Shown here: positions 1 through 8,748 of the stretch, piece after piece
Numbering within the stretch: position 1 is the stretch's first letter
Layout of the letters: each line of letters begins with the position of its first letter
Virus record (IMG/VR): IMGVR_UViG_3300005058_000014
Span: 1 to 37,836 of that record
DNA length: 37,836 nucleotides
Source of the DNA: a virus
Taxonomy: Duplodnaviria; Caudoviricetes
Reading direction: 5' to 3' (one strand)
Position numbers and translations under genes: made by a program
Notes under the pieces: model-generated
What the model saw: only the letters and a program-made list of their open reading frames with translations
Told to the model about the DNA's origin: nothing
Database searches by the model: none

Positions 1-44
1 GCATAAAAGCAATACAAATAGGGAAAACAAGCACTTTTTCATTT

Positions 45-1376
45 TTATGAAGCCCTTTGTGATTGTTTTAAAGCTAATGTTTCTCTATATTCCTTGGCAT
101 CAGCAATCAATGTAAATTTAGCTTCATACCCTTTGCTTGAAATAATTTCTTTAATTTCATTGATTGATGCTTTAAAGAATTCTTTTTTATTGTTTACCAG
201 GTTAATTCTGTTTTTATCAAAATGTTTATGCAATGTGCTTTCTAATTCGGGAGCATTTTCAGAGTAAACTAGTGCATGGACATCAAATTCAAAAGGTACA
301 GATGCATCTCCTAACTCGTAAATTCTATCCATCGGATCTAATCTTCTTGTCATTCCAATCTTGTAAACATCATCACCAAAACTTCCAATATTTGATATGA
401 TATATACATGACCACATTTCGTTTGTTGAGCCATTGAAATAGCACGCTCTTTTGCTTGGAGCGACTCCTGAAGCTGTAATTCCAAATTGCGAATTTTCTC
501 ATTAAGTGAATCTAATTCCTTCCCTTGCAATTTACCTAGATCCTCTTTTGCTTTTTCAAGAGCTATTCTGTAGTTTTTCTCATCTTCTATGGCTTTATTT
601 TTTGCTCTTTCAGCTTCCCTAACAGCCTTTTCTTCTTCTCTCATTTGCTCTTTAATCATTCTTTGTTCTTCTTTTTCTAGTTCTATCTTCTCTTTGTACT
701 CATACATAAGTTCAAGCTCTGCTAATTTTAAATTTAAATACTCATCTGATATTTCGCAGCCCCAATATTCAACTAGCTTATTAATTGTGTCTCTCAGTTT
801 TTTAATTTTTTCAATGTACTTATTAATATTGTTAAATTTTACATCAAAAATAATTGAATCAGACTCACCATTAAATGCCATTAATATCAATTTAATGACA
901 TTTTTTGTTATTTTATCTCCCTCTTTTTGACTATCCCTAACAGTCCATTGTATCTTAGATAATACAGCTTTTTCATTTTTGATTAATATCTTCTGCTGCT
1001 CCCTTATGGACTGAAGTTTTGACTTATAAATTTCTGAACTTTCAAAACTATATTTATTATCATAAAATCCATAAATAACAATATCATCGATGTCATCTTG
1101 ATAAACTTTATTGATTTTTTCTAATTCATCATTTTCTATTTTGAAATATTTAACTTTTTCTTCCAATTCACTCTTTTGATTAGATAAAACGGTTAAGTGA
1201 CTTTCAAGATCAACAACCGGCTTAAATCTATTATTTATCTCTTCAAGGCTTTGTTTTGTTACTTCTAACTCTTTAGATAATATCTTTATCTTTTTTTGAT
1301 AGGATCGAGATGAAATAAGTAATGCTATACTAGAAATTAATAGTATCAGAATTAAAATTTCCATATATTTCTCCAT
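45..1376 (-). CDS. DUF4041 + T5orf172 (GIY-YIG-like/MUG113) domain protein with N-terminal membrane anchor and coiled coil
   Basis: C-terminal motif GHVYIISNIGSFGDDVYKIGMTRRLDPMDRIYELGDASVPFEFDVHA..LE..LH is typical of this family. Hydrophobic N-terminus (ILILILLISSIALLIS). Start moved to the ATG at 1376, just after the upstream stop. Confidence 0.85.
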   Translation of the reverse strand: MEKYMEILILILLISSIALLISSRSYQKKIKILSKELEVTKQSLEEINNRFKPVVDLESHLTVLSNQKSELEEKVKYFKIENDELEKINKVYQDDIDDIVIYGFYDNKYSFESSEIYKSKLQSIREQQKILIKNEKAVLSKIQWTVRDSQKEGDKITKNVIKLILMAFNGESDSIIFDVKFNNINKYIEKIKKLRDTINKLVEYWGCEISDEYLNLKLAELELMYEYKEKIELEKEEQRMIKEQMREEEKAVREAERAKNKAIEDEKNYRIALEKAKEDLGKLQGKELDSLNEKIRNLELQLQESLQAKERAISMAQQTKCGHVYIISNIGSFGDDVYKIGMTRRLDPMDRIYELGDASVPFEFDVHALVYSENAPELESTLHKHFDKNRINLVNNKKEFFKASINEIKEIISSKGYEAKFTLIADAKEYRETLALKQSQRAS

Positions 1377-1378
1377 TT

Positions 1379-1825
1379 TTAAATTACTGCATCTTTTATA
1401 ACTTTCCAAGCTTTACCAACAATCTCACATGAATCATTTTCGTAAACTTGTATAGGTGGATAGTCTTGATTTATTGAAGATAAATATAAACACATTGAAG
1501 CTGGATCAAAGATTTTGCAAATTAATTCACCGTTTAAAATCGCTGCAATAATATCACCTTTCTTTGGCTTTAATCCGTTTCTAAAAACCTCTATTATAAC
1601 AGAATCACCCTCTTCAATAAGTGGCGACATTGAATCCCCTTTTATAAAGATTAATTTATGTCTTCCAGAGTCTAGTCCAGGTATTGAGTGGAACTGAACT
1701 GTCTCTACTCCATCATTAATTGCAGCTCCGGGTCCACCAACAAATGAACTAGTATATCTTTCAAGATTGACTAAATCTAAATTATAAAACCGATCAAAAT
1801 TTGACTTGTAATTACCTTTTGCCAT
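1379..1825 (-). CDS. Stand-alone S24-family (LexA/UmuD/CI C-terminal) peptidase domain protein
   Basis: IKGDSMSPLIEEGDSVII (catalytic Ser), LICK (catalytic Lys), LSSINQDYPPI. No HTH domain. GGGGAG SD upstream. Confidence 0.85.
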   Translation of the reverse strand: MAKGNYKSNFDRFYNLDLVNLERYTSSFVGGPGAAINDGVETVQFHSIPGLDSGRHKLIFIKGDSMSPLIEEGDSVIIEVFRNGLKPKKGDIIAAILNGELICKIFDPASMCLYLSSINQDYPPIQVYENDSCEIVGKAWKVIKDAVI

Positions 1826-1848
1826 AACTCCCCTAAGAAATAAAAAAA

Positions 1849-2280
1849 TTATCTCAAATCTTTAATTTGTTGAATTAAATTATTTACCTCGCTCATCTTC
1901 GATTCAAGCTTTATCAAAAGTACATCAAGCTGAGTTAATTGCTTTGCACCAAACAACTCATCGAAAGCTTCAAGCTTTACTTTTTCAGACTCCATAACAT
2001 CTTTTGAAGTCCTGTAAAACATAGGACCCTGGTCTTTATATAACCATAGTTCACTAATTCTCAATCTGTCAATTAAAGTCATCGCTAGTGCAGGTCCAAT
2101 TGTCTGCTTGTTGAAGTAATACGTATTAATTGACTGTATGGACATTGGCTTATTTGGATCTTTTACTGTGCCAAGTTCCTTCCCAAACCTTGATTTGTCA
2201 CCGTGATAAACTTCATCAATTATTTTTTTAAATTGATTGTTTAAAAAGTACTTGTCGCTTATATCCAATTTAAAACCCAC
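1849..2280 (-). CDS. Putative phage repressor DNA-binding protein (HTH_XRE-like) with C-terminal coiled coil
   Basis: Helical N-terminus followed by ISELWLYKDQGPMF, resembling the 'N..WL..G.G.M' motif of CI-like repressors. Divergent from the early operon and adjacent to the S24 gene. GTG start. Confidence 0.6.
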   Translation of the reverse strand: MGFKLDISDKYFLNNQFKKIIDEVYHGDKSRFGKELGTVKDPNKPMSIQSINTYYFNKQTIGPALAMTLIDRLRISELWLYKDQGPMFYRTSKDVMESEKVKLEAFDELFGAKQLTQLDVLLIKLESKMSEVNNLIQQIKDLR

Positions 2281-2317
2281 AAATTAAATTGATAAAAAAA
2301 TATAAAAAAATATTAAA

Positions 2318-2366
2318 ATCTTAAAAATATCTTAAATTTATCTTGCATATATCTTAAATTTATCTT
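2318..2366. repeat. Five ATCTT motifs phased at exactly 11 bp, including an 18-bp direct repeat; putative repressor operators
   Basis: ATCTT at 2318, 2329, 2340, 2351 and 2362. ATATCTTAAATTTATCTT at 2327-2344 and 2349-2366. Confidence 0.75.
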
Positions 2367-2373
2367 ACATTTG
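2342..2373 (+). promoter_or_regulatory. Bacteroidota-type sigma-70 promoter for the rightward early operon
   Basis: CTTG (2342-2345), 20-nt spacer, TACATTTG (2366-2373). Matches the TTTG-N19-21-TAnnTTTG consensus with one mismatch. Confidence 0.65.
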
Positions 2374-2427
2374 TATTGTGATTATGATACGATAGCAAAA
2401 AACAATAATCACAATGTTCTTTGAAAG

Positions 2428-2607
2428 CTACATAGGAGCCAAACCAACTACCCTGAGCGAGTCGTTAAGATATTTTCTTACTTGCTTTAAATATTCATCA
2501 CCTGTTGGTTCATCTAAAGAATTTTTAACATCTATCATTACTTTGGTTAATGTTAAAATCTCCGATCTCAACAATTTGATTTGCTCAACTATCTGGTTCC
2601 CCTCCAT
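2428..2607 (-). CDS. Small 59-aa helical protein (not in the ORF track)
   Basis: GAGGT SD then ATG. Translation MEGNQIVEQIKLLRSEILTLTKVMIDVKNSLDEPTGDEYLKQVRKYLNDSLRVVGLAPM*. Protein-like composition, unlike the overlapping + strand ORF. Confidence 0.55.
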   Translation of the reverse strand: MEGNQIVEQIKLLRSEILTLTKVMIDVKNSLDEPTGDEYLKQVRKYLNDSLRVVGLAPM

Positions 2608-2652
2608 GTATTACCTCGAATATAATAATTGTAAATCTATAAAAGGTGCATT

Positions 2653-2847
2653 ATGCAAAACGAACAAGAAATAAAGTTTAAAAGTGTAAACTTTCCTATA
2701 AACCTTATGGCCTATAAGCGAGCCAAAAGACTCGCTGTTATAGACCACAGAACTCCCGGTAAATTAATGGGTATGTTGCTCGAAAAAGCACTTGCTGAAT
2801 ATGAAAAAATCATACTCAACACTGATGTTAATGACCGTACCAATTAA
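2653..2847 (+). CDS. Small DNA-binding protein, ribbon-helix-helix/Cro-position regulator
   Basis: First rightward gene. Beta-alpha-alpha pattern (KSVNFPINLMAYKRAKRLA...GKLMGMLLEKAL). Confidence 0.5.
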   Translation: MQNEQEIKFKSVNFPINLMAYKRAKRLAVIDHRTPGKLMGMLLEKALAEYEKIILNTDVNDRTN

Positions 2848-2937
2848 TTTGTTTAACATTTTGTTTTACAAAAATATAATAAAAACACTATAATTAAAAG
2901 AAATTTTTGAAACACAAAAAAATTTAAAAGTAAACTT

Positions 2938-3135
2938 ATGATACACATTGACTTAAGCTCTATCAAAAAAAATGAAGATGATGATAAAGACAACTATGTC
3001 GGGATAAGAATGAATAAAGCCGAACACGATATGCTCAGCAATTTACTCGATAAGCTAAATATTGAGACTTATTCAGAGCTGATTAGGTTACTTATCAGAA
3101 CTGCTTTCGAACAAACTTTTAATTCAAAAAACTAA
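2938..3135 (+). CDS. Ribbon-helix-helix-like small regulator
   Basis: YVGIRMNKAEHDML...TYSELIRLLI resembles the RHH/MobC/CopG pattern. Confidence 0.55.
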   Translation: MIHIDLSSIKKNEDDDKDNYVGIRMNKAEHDMLSNLLDKLNIETYSELIRLLIRTAFEQTFNSKN

Positions 3136-3158
3136 TTTATTAATTTCCGGGGTGTGAA

Positions 3159-3404
3159 ATGAAAAATTCTATTCTTCCTAAAAGTATAACTACTTTGCTC
3201 GACCTGGCGGCTGAGAATATTGCTCGCACCAGTGATATCGAGTTGTGGGATGATATGACTAACTACCTTGTTACACAACTTAGATTGAGAGCTTCCAAAA
3301 AATACGGTATGGAGATAGTAGGATGTAAATACATCGCTGATGTTAAAGACCATCTTACTGCTCAGGAATCGGATTCACGATATCTTGTCGTAAAAAGAAG
3401 CTGA
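3159..3404 (+). CDS. Hypothetical phage protein
   Basis: ORF in the early operon with upstream GGGGTG SD-like sequence. Confidence 0.55.
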   Translation: MKNSILPKSITTLLDLAAENIARTSDIELWDDMTNYLVTQLRLRASKKYGMEIVGCKYIADVKDHLTAQESDSRYLVVKRS

Positions 3405-3425
3405 CAGGGGAAGGAAAAAAGTATT

Positions 3426-3794
3426 ATGGACTACAGAAGATTTAATATCGCTCAGCTCTCTAAAGAAACAAATACTTGCAGAACTACGCTCCATGAGTGG
3501 ATTCGTAATGGTTGGCTAGAGCATGTGCAAATCGTTGGTAGCCGTAAGAAATATTCTATAGATGCTTTTCTTAAGGCAGAGAAACTAGCCCTTGAAGAAG
3601 CATCCAAAAAGCTTAAAACAGACTTTCAGAATTCATTGGATACCGCTAACAACGGACACTACAAGAATAGCAAAAGAGATATCCATGCCATTCCGAAAGG
3701 CTGGTTTGACAATCTTGACAATATAATTGAACAAGAGAACCAAAAAAAAACTCTTGCCGCAAAATCCCAAAATAATCACGGCAAGAGAAAATAA
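3426..3794 (+). CDS. HTH (MerR/excisionase-like) DNA-binding protein
   Basis: FNIAQLSKETNTCRTTLHEWIRNGWL...GSRKKYS is a winged-HTH, HTH_17-like pattern. Confidence 0.65.
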   Translation: MDYRRFNIAQLSKETNTCRTTLHEWIRNGWLEHVQIVGSRKKYSIDAFLKAEKLALEEASKKLKTDFQNSLDTANNGHYKNSKRDIHAIPKGWFDNLDNIIEQENQKKTLAAKSQNNHGKRK

Positions 3795-3829
3795 CCAATT
3801 TTTTCACAAAAGTAATAAGGAGCCACGAC

Positions 3830-4075
3830 ATGGCAAAGGAAAATTTTTCTGATGGGATAAATATCGCATCATTGGCTGAGTATCAATCTTTTCTCATAAA
3901 AGCTATCGAGAGGGTAAAAAGCGGACAGAGCTTTGATGCCTGGATAAGCTCTGAACTGATAATGAGAGAAAAAACCGCTATACTCACAGAGCTACAGTCT
4001 GCTGAACAAACCCACGTTGCATCTATTTTGGAAGATGAACTAAAAAATGTACAAGAATTAATAAAAGGAAGTTGA
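3830..4075 (+). CDS. Hypothetical protein
   Basis: AGGAG SD, helical 81 aa. Confidence 0.6.
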   Translation: MAKENFSDGINIASLAEYQSFLIKAIERVKSGQSFDAWISSELIMREKTAILTELQSAEQTHVASILEDELKNVQELIKGS

Positions 4076-4308
4076 TGATGTTACACAAAATAAATTTAGC
4101 GACATTAGGGGGCTTTGAATTGCATAAACTCCTTGATAATACATTCCGACCAAAGCCCCGTCGCTTTAAGCCTACTCCATTGAGTAAACTGCTTAAGCCA
4201 CACCCTGTATGGTATATCAGAAGAAATCAGAAAAGAATCTTCGAACTGGGGATGTATGCCGCATTCGGATTGACATTAATTACTCTTTTAATTAAAAATT
4301 GGGGGTAA
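4075..4308 (+). CDS. Hypothetical membrane-anchored protein
   Basis: TGATG coupling to the upstream gene. C-terminal hydrophobic segment. Confidence 0.55.
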   Translation: MMLHKINLATLGGFELHKLLDNTFRPKPRRFKPTPLSKLLKPHPVWYIRRNQKRIFELGMYAAFGLTLITLLIKNWG

Positions 4309-4310
4309 TT

Positions 4311-4427
4311 ATGGAACTGATAATATCTTCAATATTCTTCTCAATCATTGTTGGGATGCCTGTTATGATAATGTATGGATTATATAAAACTTTTTCAAAA
4401 AATATTAAGGATTCAAATAATGGATAA
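4311..4427 (+). CDS. Small 38-aa membrane peptide (not in the ORF track)
   Basis: MELIISSIFFSIIVGMPVMIMYGLYKTFSKNIKDSNNG*. Fills the gap, has a GGGGG SD-like run, and overlaps the next ATG at 4420. Confidence 0.45.
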   Translation: MELIISSIFFSIIVGMPVMIMYGLYKTFSKNIKDSNNG

Positions 4428-5643
4428 CTATTTAGTTGTTGAACCCCAATTCTATAACCATAGTCTGCTGATAAAGAACCCGCCTTTAGTATTCAGAAGA
4501 GACATTCTGGGGAACAGAAAATATTATACCTTCAACAAAGATATGAGATATCTCGAAGCCGGCTCATGCACAACGATACTGAACAAAGTTACTCCCTTGC
4601 CATCATATTTAGAGAAATGGAGGGCTGAGTATGGTCTGAAAAAAGCTGATGAGATAGCAAGCCAATCAGCAAAATACGGCACTCTGTTGCATATTTGTAT
4701 TGCTGATTTTCTGAAGAACAGGAAATTTGACTTGCTGACACTTGATGCAAGGATTTATACCTACATAAGAGAGAACTTCATCACGTTCGACACACATAAA
4801 TGGGAAGAGAAATTAAAGCAGGACCTGACAGCCTTTGCTAAATTCACAAGAGACTATGATGTAGAGCCTTTGGCGGTTGAAATAGTACTAATCTCAGAGA
4901 GACTGAAATATGGCGGTGCCATAGATTTGGTATGTAAGATGAGAATAGGAACAGGTGAGAACGGGAAAATCCTTAAGTCAGACATCAAGGTAGATAAAGG
5001 TGGACAGATTGTGGCTGACAAGACAAGGGTTATCACTGCGGTGATTGACTTCAAGTCCGGCAGACACGGATTCTCCGACAGCAATGCCGCTCAGGTGCAT
5101 ATGTATAGAAACTTATGGATGGAATACTATCCTCATATACCGATAGACAGAGTATTTAACTGGGCTCCGAAGGACTGGAATGAAGTTGATGACTCACTGT
5201 TCTATCTCAAAGACCAGACGGACTCTATTGAAAAAGATCTGATAAAGTATTATGTTGCTATCTTCTATAAAAAATATAACAGCACCATCAATTCCATCAC
5301 TACTATTAACGGTACATTGGAATATGGCTCAGACATCAGCAAGAATATCTCGATAGAAAAATTTGAAGAGATAGCTTATGAGTCACATAAAGAGCTTATT
5401 GATGCAGATATCCGACAAAAAGCAATAGTAAAGAAGGAAGTGGAATATGAAAAAGCTGCCGAGAAGTTACTTGAGCTTGAAGATATAAAAGCACCGGAAT
5501 GGGATATTGAAGATATTAATCCGCAGGGTGATTACACTCCCAATGACATAGAAACCTGCCGGACGATTGATACTGATACCAACTTCGGTATTGAGATAGA
5601 AGAGATTAGTTATGACAATATTGCCAACTTATTTAAGGATTAA
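4420..5643 (+). CDS. PD-(D/E)XK-superfamily phage exonuclease/recombination nuclease
   Basis: SCTTIL, GTLLH, VE, YGGAIDLV, IDFKSG and Q..MY motifs. Acidic tail. Start placed at ATG 4420. Confidence 0.75.
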   Translation: MDNYLVVEPQFYNHSLLIKNPPLVFRRDILGNRKYYTFNKDMRYLEAGSCTTILNKVTPLPSYLEKWRAEYGLKKADEIASQSAKYGTLLHICIADFLKNRKFDLLTLDARIYTYIRENFITFDTHKWEEKLKQDLTAFAKFTRDYDVEPLAVEIVLISERLKYGGAIDLVCKMRIGTGENGKILKSDIKVDKGGQIVADKTRVITAVIDFKSGRHGFSDSNAAQVHMYRNLWMEYYPHIPIDRVFNWAPKDWNEVDDSLFYLKDQTDSIEKDLIKYYVAIFYKKYNSTINSITTINGTLEYGSDISKNISIEKFEEIAYESHKELIDADIRQKAIVKKEVEYEKAAEKLLELEDIKAPEWDIEDINPQGDYTPNDIETCRTIDTDTNFGIEIEEISYDNIANLFKD

Positions 5644-5649
5644 AAAAAA

Positions 5650-5937
5650 ATGACAAATCAGGAAATAAGAGCAATTCAAATGTGCAATAAAGACATTGAA
5701 AGGTTGCAAAAAGAGCTCGAAGGTCTAAACAACAGCATAAAAGAAATTGGGCAGATTAAAAAAAAAAATAAAAAAAGCAATCTTGTGATATTTCATGCTG
5801 ACTTGAGAGTACATGTCCTTGACGATGCAGTAATAAACCTATCCATACATAAAATTGGAGAATTATTAGAACATGCATTATTCGAAAAGAAAGTACAATT
5901 AGAAAATATTAAATTATCAGATTATATGGAGAACTAA
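5650..5937 (+). CDS. Hypothetical coiled-coil protein
   Basis: Tightly packed operon ORF. Confidence 0.55.
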   Translation: MTNQEIRAIQMCNKDIERLQKELEGLNNSIKEIGQIKKKNKKSNLVIFHADLRVHVLDDAVINLSIHKIGELLEHALFEKKVQLENIKLSDYMEN

Positions 5938-5941
5938 AATT

Positions 5942-6592
5942 ATGGAGAACCTGATTGAATTATCAACCACAGCTATTGCAAAATTCAGCGAAGCAAAGTC
6001 ACAGATAGAAAAACTCGCAACACAGTGTAACAATGTGGTGATAACCAATATCGAGAACCTGGAGACAGCAAAACACCTTGCAAAGACAGCCAAGGCAATC
6101 GAGAATCTTATCGAAGAGAAAAGGAAGGAGATAACAGCACCTATTCTCAATGAGAAAAAGAAGATTGACGATTTCGCAAAGACATTGACCTCAAAACTCA
6201 ATGATGCTCTGAAGAATATCAGAGGTCAGATCCTGTCATTCGAAAAGAGACTTGAAGAAGAAAGGATTGCAGAGCAGAGAAGGATTGAGGCAGAGAAAAG
6301 GGAACTTGAGGAGAGACTCAAGAAAGCTGCTCTTGAAGATACCGGCAGCGCTGAGGTCTTAGAAAAAGAATCTCTGAAACTCATAGAGATGAACGAACAG
6401 TCTGCAAAATTAAGCAACCAGACATCCAACTCAGTAAGAAGAGTATGGAAATACAGTATCTCAGATATGACATTAATCCCAAGAGACTACCTTACTGTTG
6501 ACGAAAAAAAAGTAAAAGATGCAATTTCAAGTGGTATAAGGGAGATTCCGGGTATCCTTATCTTCCAGGAAGACCAATTGGTATTAAGATAA
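5942..6592 (+). CDS. Conserved phage coiled-coil protein of recombination modules
   Basis: C-terminal W....D...IPRDYL.VDEKKV...I..G.REIPG motif is widespread in phage early regions. GGAG SD. Confidence 0.6.
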   Translation: MENLIELSTTAIAKFSEAKSQIEKLATQCNNVVITNIENLETAKHLAKTAKAIENLIEEKRKEITAPILNEKKKIDDFAKTLTSKLNDALKNIRGQILSFEKRLEEERIAEQRRIEAEKRELEERLKKAALEDTGSAEVLEKESLKLIEMNEQSAKLSNQTSNSVRRVWKYSISDMTLIPRDYLTVDEKKVKDAISSGIREIPGILIFQEDQLVLR

Positions 6593-6620
6593 TTTATTTA
6601 ACATTTTAGGAGAATTAATA

Positions 6621-7187
6621 ATGGGACCAGGTAAAAGAACACCTGTAACGTTCATGCAAATCAAAGAGGGTAAGATTGTGATAGGTCCAAAGGACAACCC
6701 TAACTACTATGATAACTTCGAAGGTTATCTTAACTCTATATCTCTCAAAGAAGGAACCATCAAGGTTAATGGTTCAGACAAACCGATAAAACAGTGGAAT
6801 GTTGAATTCAAAGTTGGTGACAAAGTTTATATATGGTCAGCAGATTATGATGGATACCTCTTCCAAAGCTTTATCAATTCAATCGCCAACCTTGAGGACT
6901 ACTCAAAATCAATAGTGATAGTTCCATATCTCAAAGACACAAGAACCAAATTGGTGGTTTATAAGCATGGTGAACTGGTAAAGTGGAAATATGCACCTGA
7001 AGAGATGCCTGAAGTAAAGCCGGTAATTGTTGATGGTGAAGAATTGCTCGACGCAAAAGGTAATAAGATTTATAACAAGAAGGAAAGGATGGCATTTATC
7101 AGCAAACTTGTAGAGACTGTTAATTTGAGCTTAAGAGGATTGACAGAAGAAGATAAAATTGAAGAAGTAGAAGAAGTGTCTTGGTAA
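6621..7187 (+). CDS. Hypothetical protein, possibly ssDNA-binding
   Basis: Beta-rich core with acidic C-terminal tail ending in W, located next to the exonuclease. AGGAG SD. Function is inferred only. Confidence 0.45.
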   Translation: MGPGKRTPVTFMQIKEGKIVIGPKDNPNYYDNFEGYLNSISLKEGTIKVNGSDKPIKQWNVEFKVGDKVYIWSADYDGYLFQSFINSIANLEDYSKSIVIVPYLKDTRTKLVVYKHGELVKWKYAPEEMPEVKPVIVDGEELLDAKGNKIYNKKERMAFISKLVETVNLSLRGLTEEDKIEEVEEVSW

Positions 7188-7287
7188 TCAAGAATTTATT
7201 TTAATCACAAATCGCTGAGATGCCTATCCGAAGTGCAAAACCCCGGACATGGAAGATAGGTATTCTCGGCAAAATAAAAGGAAAGTC

Positions 7288-7935
7288 ATGAATCAACATA
7301 AAATCGCCAGACTGCTGAAGGGTGAATATCGCCCGGCTCTTGATGTGATAGGAAGACTGTGGAAAGCTGATCCTGAAATATTTTATACTGAATCAAGGAA
7401 AATTGAACTGGTAAAATGCAGACATTTCTTCCATAAAGCATTGAAAGACTCGGGATTATCTTACCCACAATTAGTAAAACTCACTGGATATGACCACAGC
7501 TCACTAGTCAATTCAGTGAAACAAGCTATGAAGATGATAGAAACAGACGTGGAAGACAAAGCATTATATAACATAGCATACAGCACAATCGAGCATATGG
7601 ACACCATAAGAAAACTTGTTGATGAGCATTACAAAAAGGAAGTATATCTAGCAGGGAAAATCTCAGGATTACCGGTAAATGAGACTAGGGAGAAGTTTTT
7701 GAAGGCAGAGAGATTCCTGATGAAGTCAGCAAAAAGTGTTCTAAATCCTTTCAAATACTGCGAAGAGAGAAACATTACCGGCTGGACTGAATGTATGAAA
7801 GCATTGGTGCCGGAGCTACTAAAGCGTGAAATGGTTGTAGCTTTAGAGGACTCAAAAGACAGTATGGGAGCATTATGGGAGATAGGCATAGCAAAAAGTA
7901 TAGCCAGAATACCTATAGTTAAGCTGAGGGTATAA
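7288..7935 (+). CDS. DnaA C-terminal-like HTH fused to DUF4406 (nucleoside 2-deoxyribosyltransferase-like) domain
   Basis: N-terminal SRK.ELVKCRH...LSYPQL...GYDHSSLVNSV resembles DnaA domain IV (RDHSTV). C-terminal VYLAGKISG...VLNPF...W..CM...S.GA.WE...A matches DUF4406. Confidence 0.7.
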   Translation: MNQHKIARLLKGEYRPALDVIGRLWKADPEIFYTESRKIELVKCRHFFHKALKDSGLSYPQLVKLTGYDHSSLVNSVKQAMKMIETDVEDKALYNIAYSTIEHMDTIRKLVDEHYKKEVYLAGKISGLPVNETREKFLKAERFLMKSAKSVLNPFKYCEERNITGWTECMKALVPELLKREMVVALEDSKDSMGALWEIGIAKSIARIPIVKLRV

Positions 7936-8153
7936 TGATTTGCAAAAAATGTGGCAAGAAGAAGCCATTGAGCAGATTCTACCCTTCGAACAAATCTTGT
8001 TGTATAGACTGCAAAAGAGAGAAATCAAGAGAGTACTATCACAGGTATTGCAAGAAAGGTAGTAAGATTGATAGAGAATCCATCCATCCGCTTTATTTTA
8101 ATCAGCTGTTTGGTGGAATAGTGGGTAACCAGATTTTGAGTAGAAATGTTTAA
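7935..8153 (+). CDS. Small zinc-finger protein
   Basis: CKKC...K.LSRFY...CIDC. Confidence 0.6.
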   Translation: MICKKCGKKKPLSRFYPSNKSCCIDCKREKSREYYHRYCKKGSKIDRESIHPLYFNQLFGGIVGNQILSRNV

Positions 8154-8213
8154 TCGGCAATATTGCCAAAAAATTGTGGAGTTTAAAATGGATTTACTCA
8201 AGGAGAAAAGCTG

Positions 8214-8360
8214 ATGAAGGATGATGAAAACGTTCCTGAATATGTAAAAGATATAAGGGAAAGCACTTTAAAGTTTAAGAAGTTAGTTCAGTCTATCTGT
8301 TCAGATTTAAGAACATTAATTAACAATTATAAGGCATTTACAAATGAGCAAAGTCAATAG
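8214..8360 (+). CDS. Small hypothetical protein, 48 aa (not in the ORF track)
   Basis: AAGGAG SD upstream. MKDDENVPEYVKDIRESTLKFKKLVQSICSDLRTLINNYKAFTNEQSQ*. Confidence 0.45.
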   Translation: MKDDENVPEYVKDIRESTLKFKKLVQSICSDLRTLINNYKAFTNEQSQ

Positions 8361-8535
8361 ATGTAAGTCCTGCGGAGCTATGATTATTTGGCTCAGAACA
8401 AAATCAGGCAAATCTATGCCGGTGGAATACTTCGAAATTAGTGATAATGAGGTCGAGTTCGACATCAATAAACATACTTCGCATTTTGCAAACTGCAAAT
8501 ATGCACAACAGCACAGGAGAAAATCAAATGAATAA
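8344..8535 (+). CDS. Small Zn-ribbon phage protein
   Basis: CKSCGA.IIW..T.SGK.MPV...SHFA.C is a common phage family pattern. Confidence 0.7.
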   Translation: MSKVNRCKSCGAMIIWLRTKSGKSMPVEYFEISDNEVEFDINKHTSHFANCKYAQQHRRKSNE

Positions 8536-8740
8536 AGAAATTATTGAATTCGGTGTGTTCCTGACAGGGCACTCTTATGACGACATCAGTCAGATGTATA
8601 AGGATTTTAAAAAACATTATGTTGGACCGGGCTTGGATAAGGAAAGCAAGAAAGATGAGGTGTTTGAAAAGGTTCTAAATCAGCATATTGTGATGAGTGA
8701 ACTGAAGGAATTTTATCGCAATTTATACTATTCAAAATGA
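8528..8740 (+). CDS. Hypothetical protein
   Basis: AGGAG SD before ATG 8528. Overlaps the previous stop. Confidence 0.5.
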   Translation: MNKEIIEFGVFLTGHSYDDISQMYKDFKKHYVGPGLDKESKKDEVFEKVLNQHIVMSELKEFYRNLYYSK

Positions 8741-8748
8741 TATAGTAT

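Noticed and set aside
2414..2674. 86-aa + strand ORF
   Set aside because: It reads like the antisense shadow of the SD-led minus-strand ORF 2428..2607.
4420..5643. Cas4 / CRISPR adaptation gene
   Set aside because: PD-(D/E)XK motifs are present, but there is no four-cysteine Fe-S pattern and no CRISPR context.
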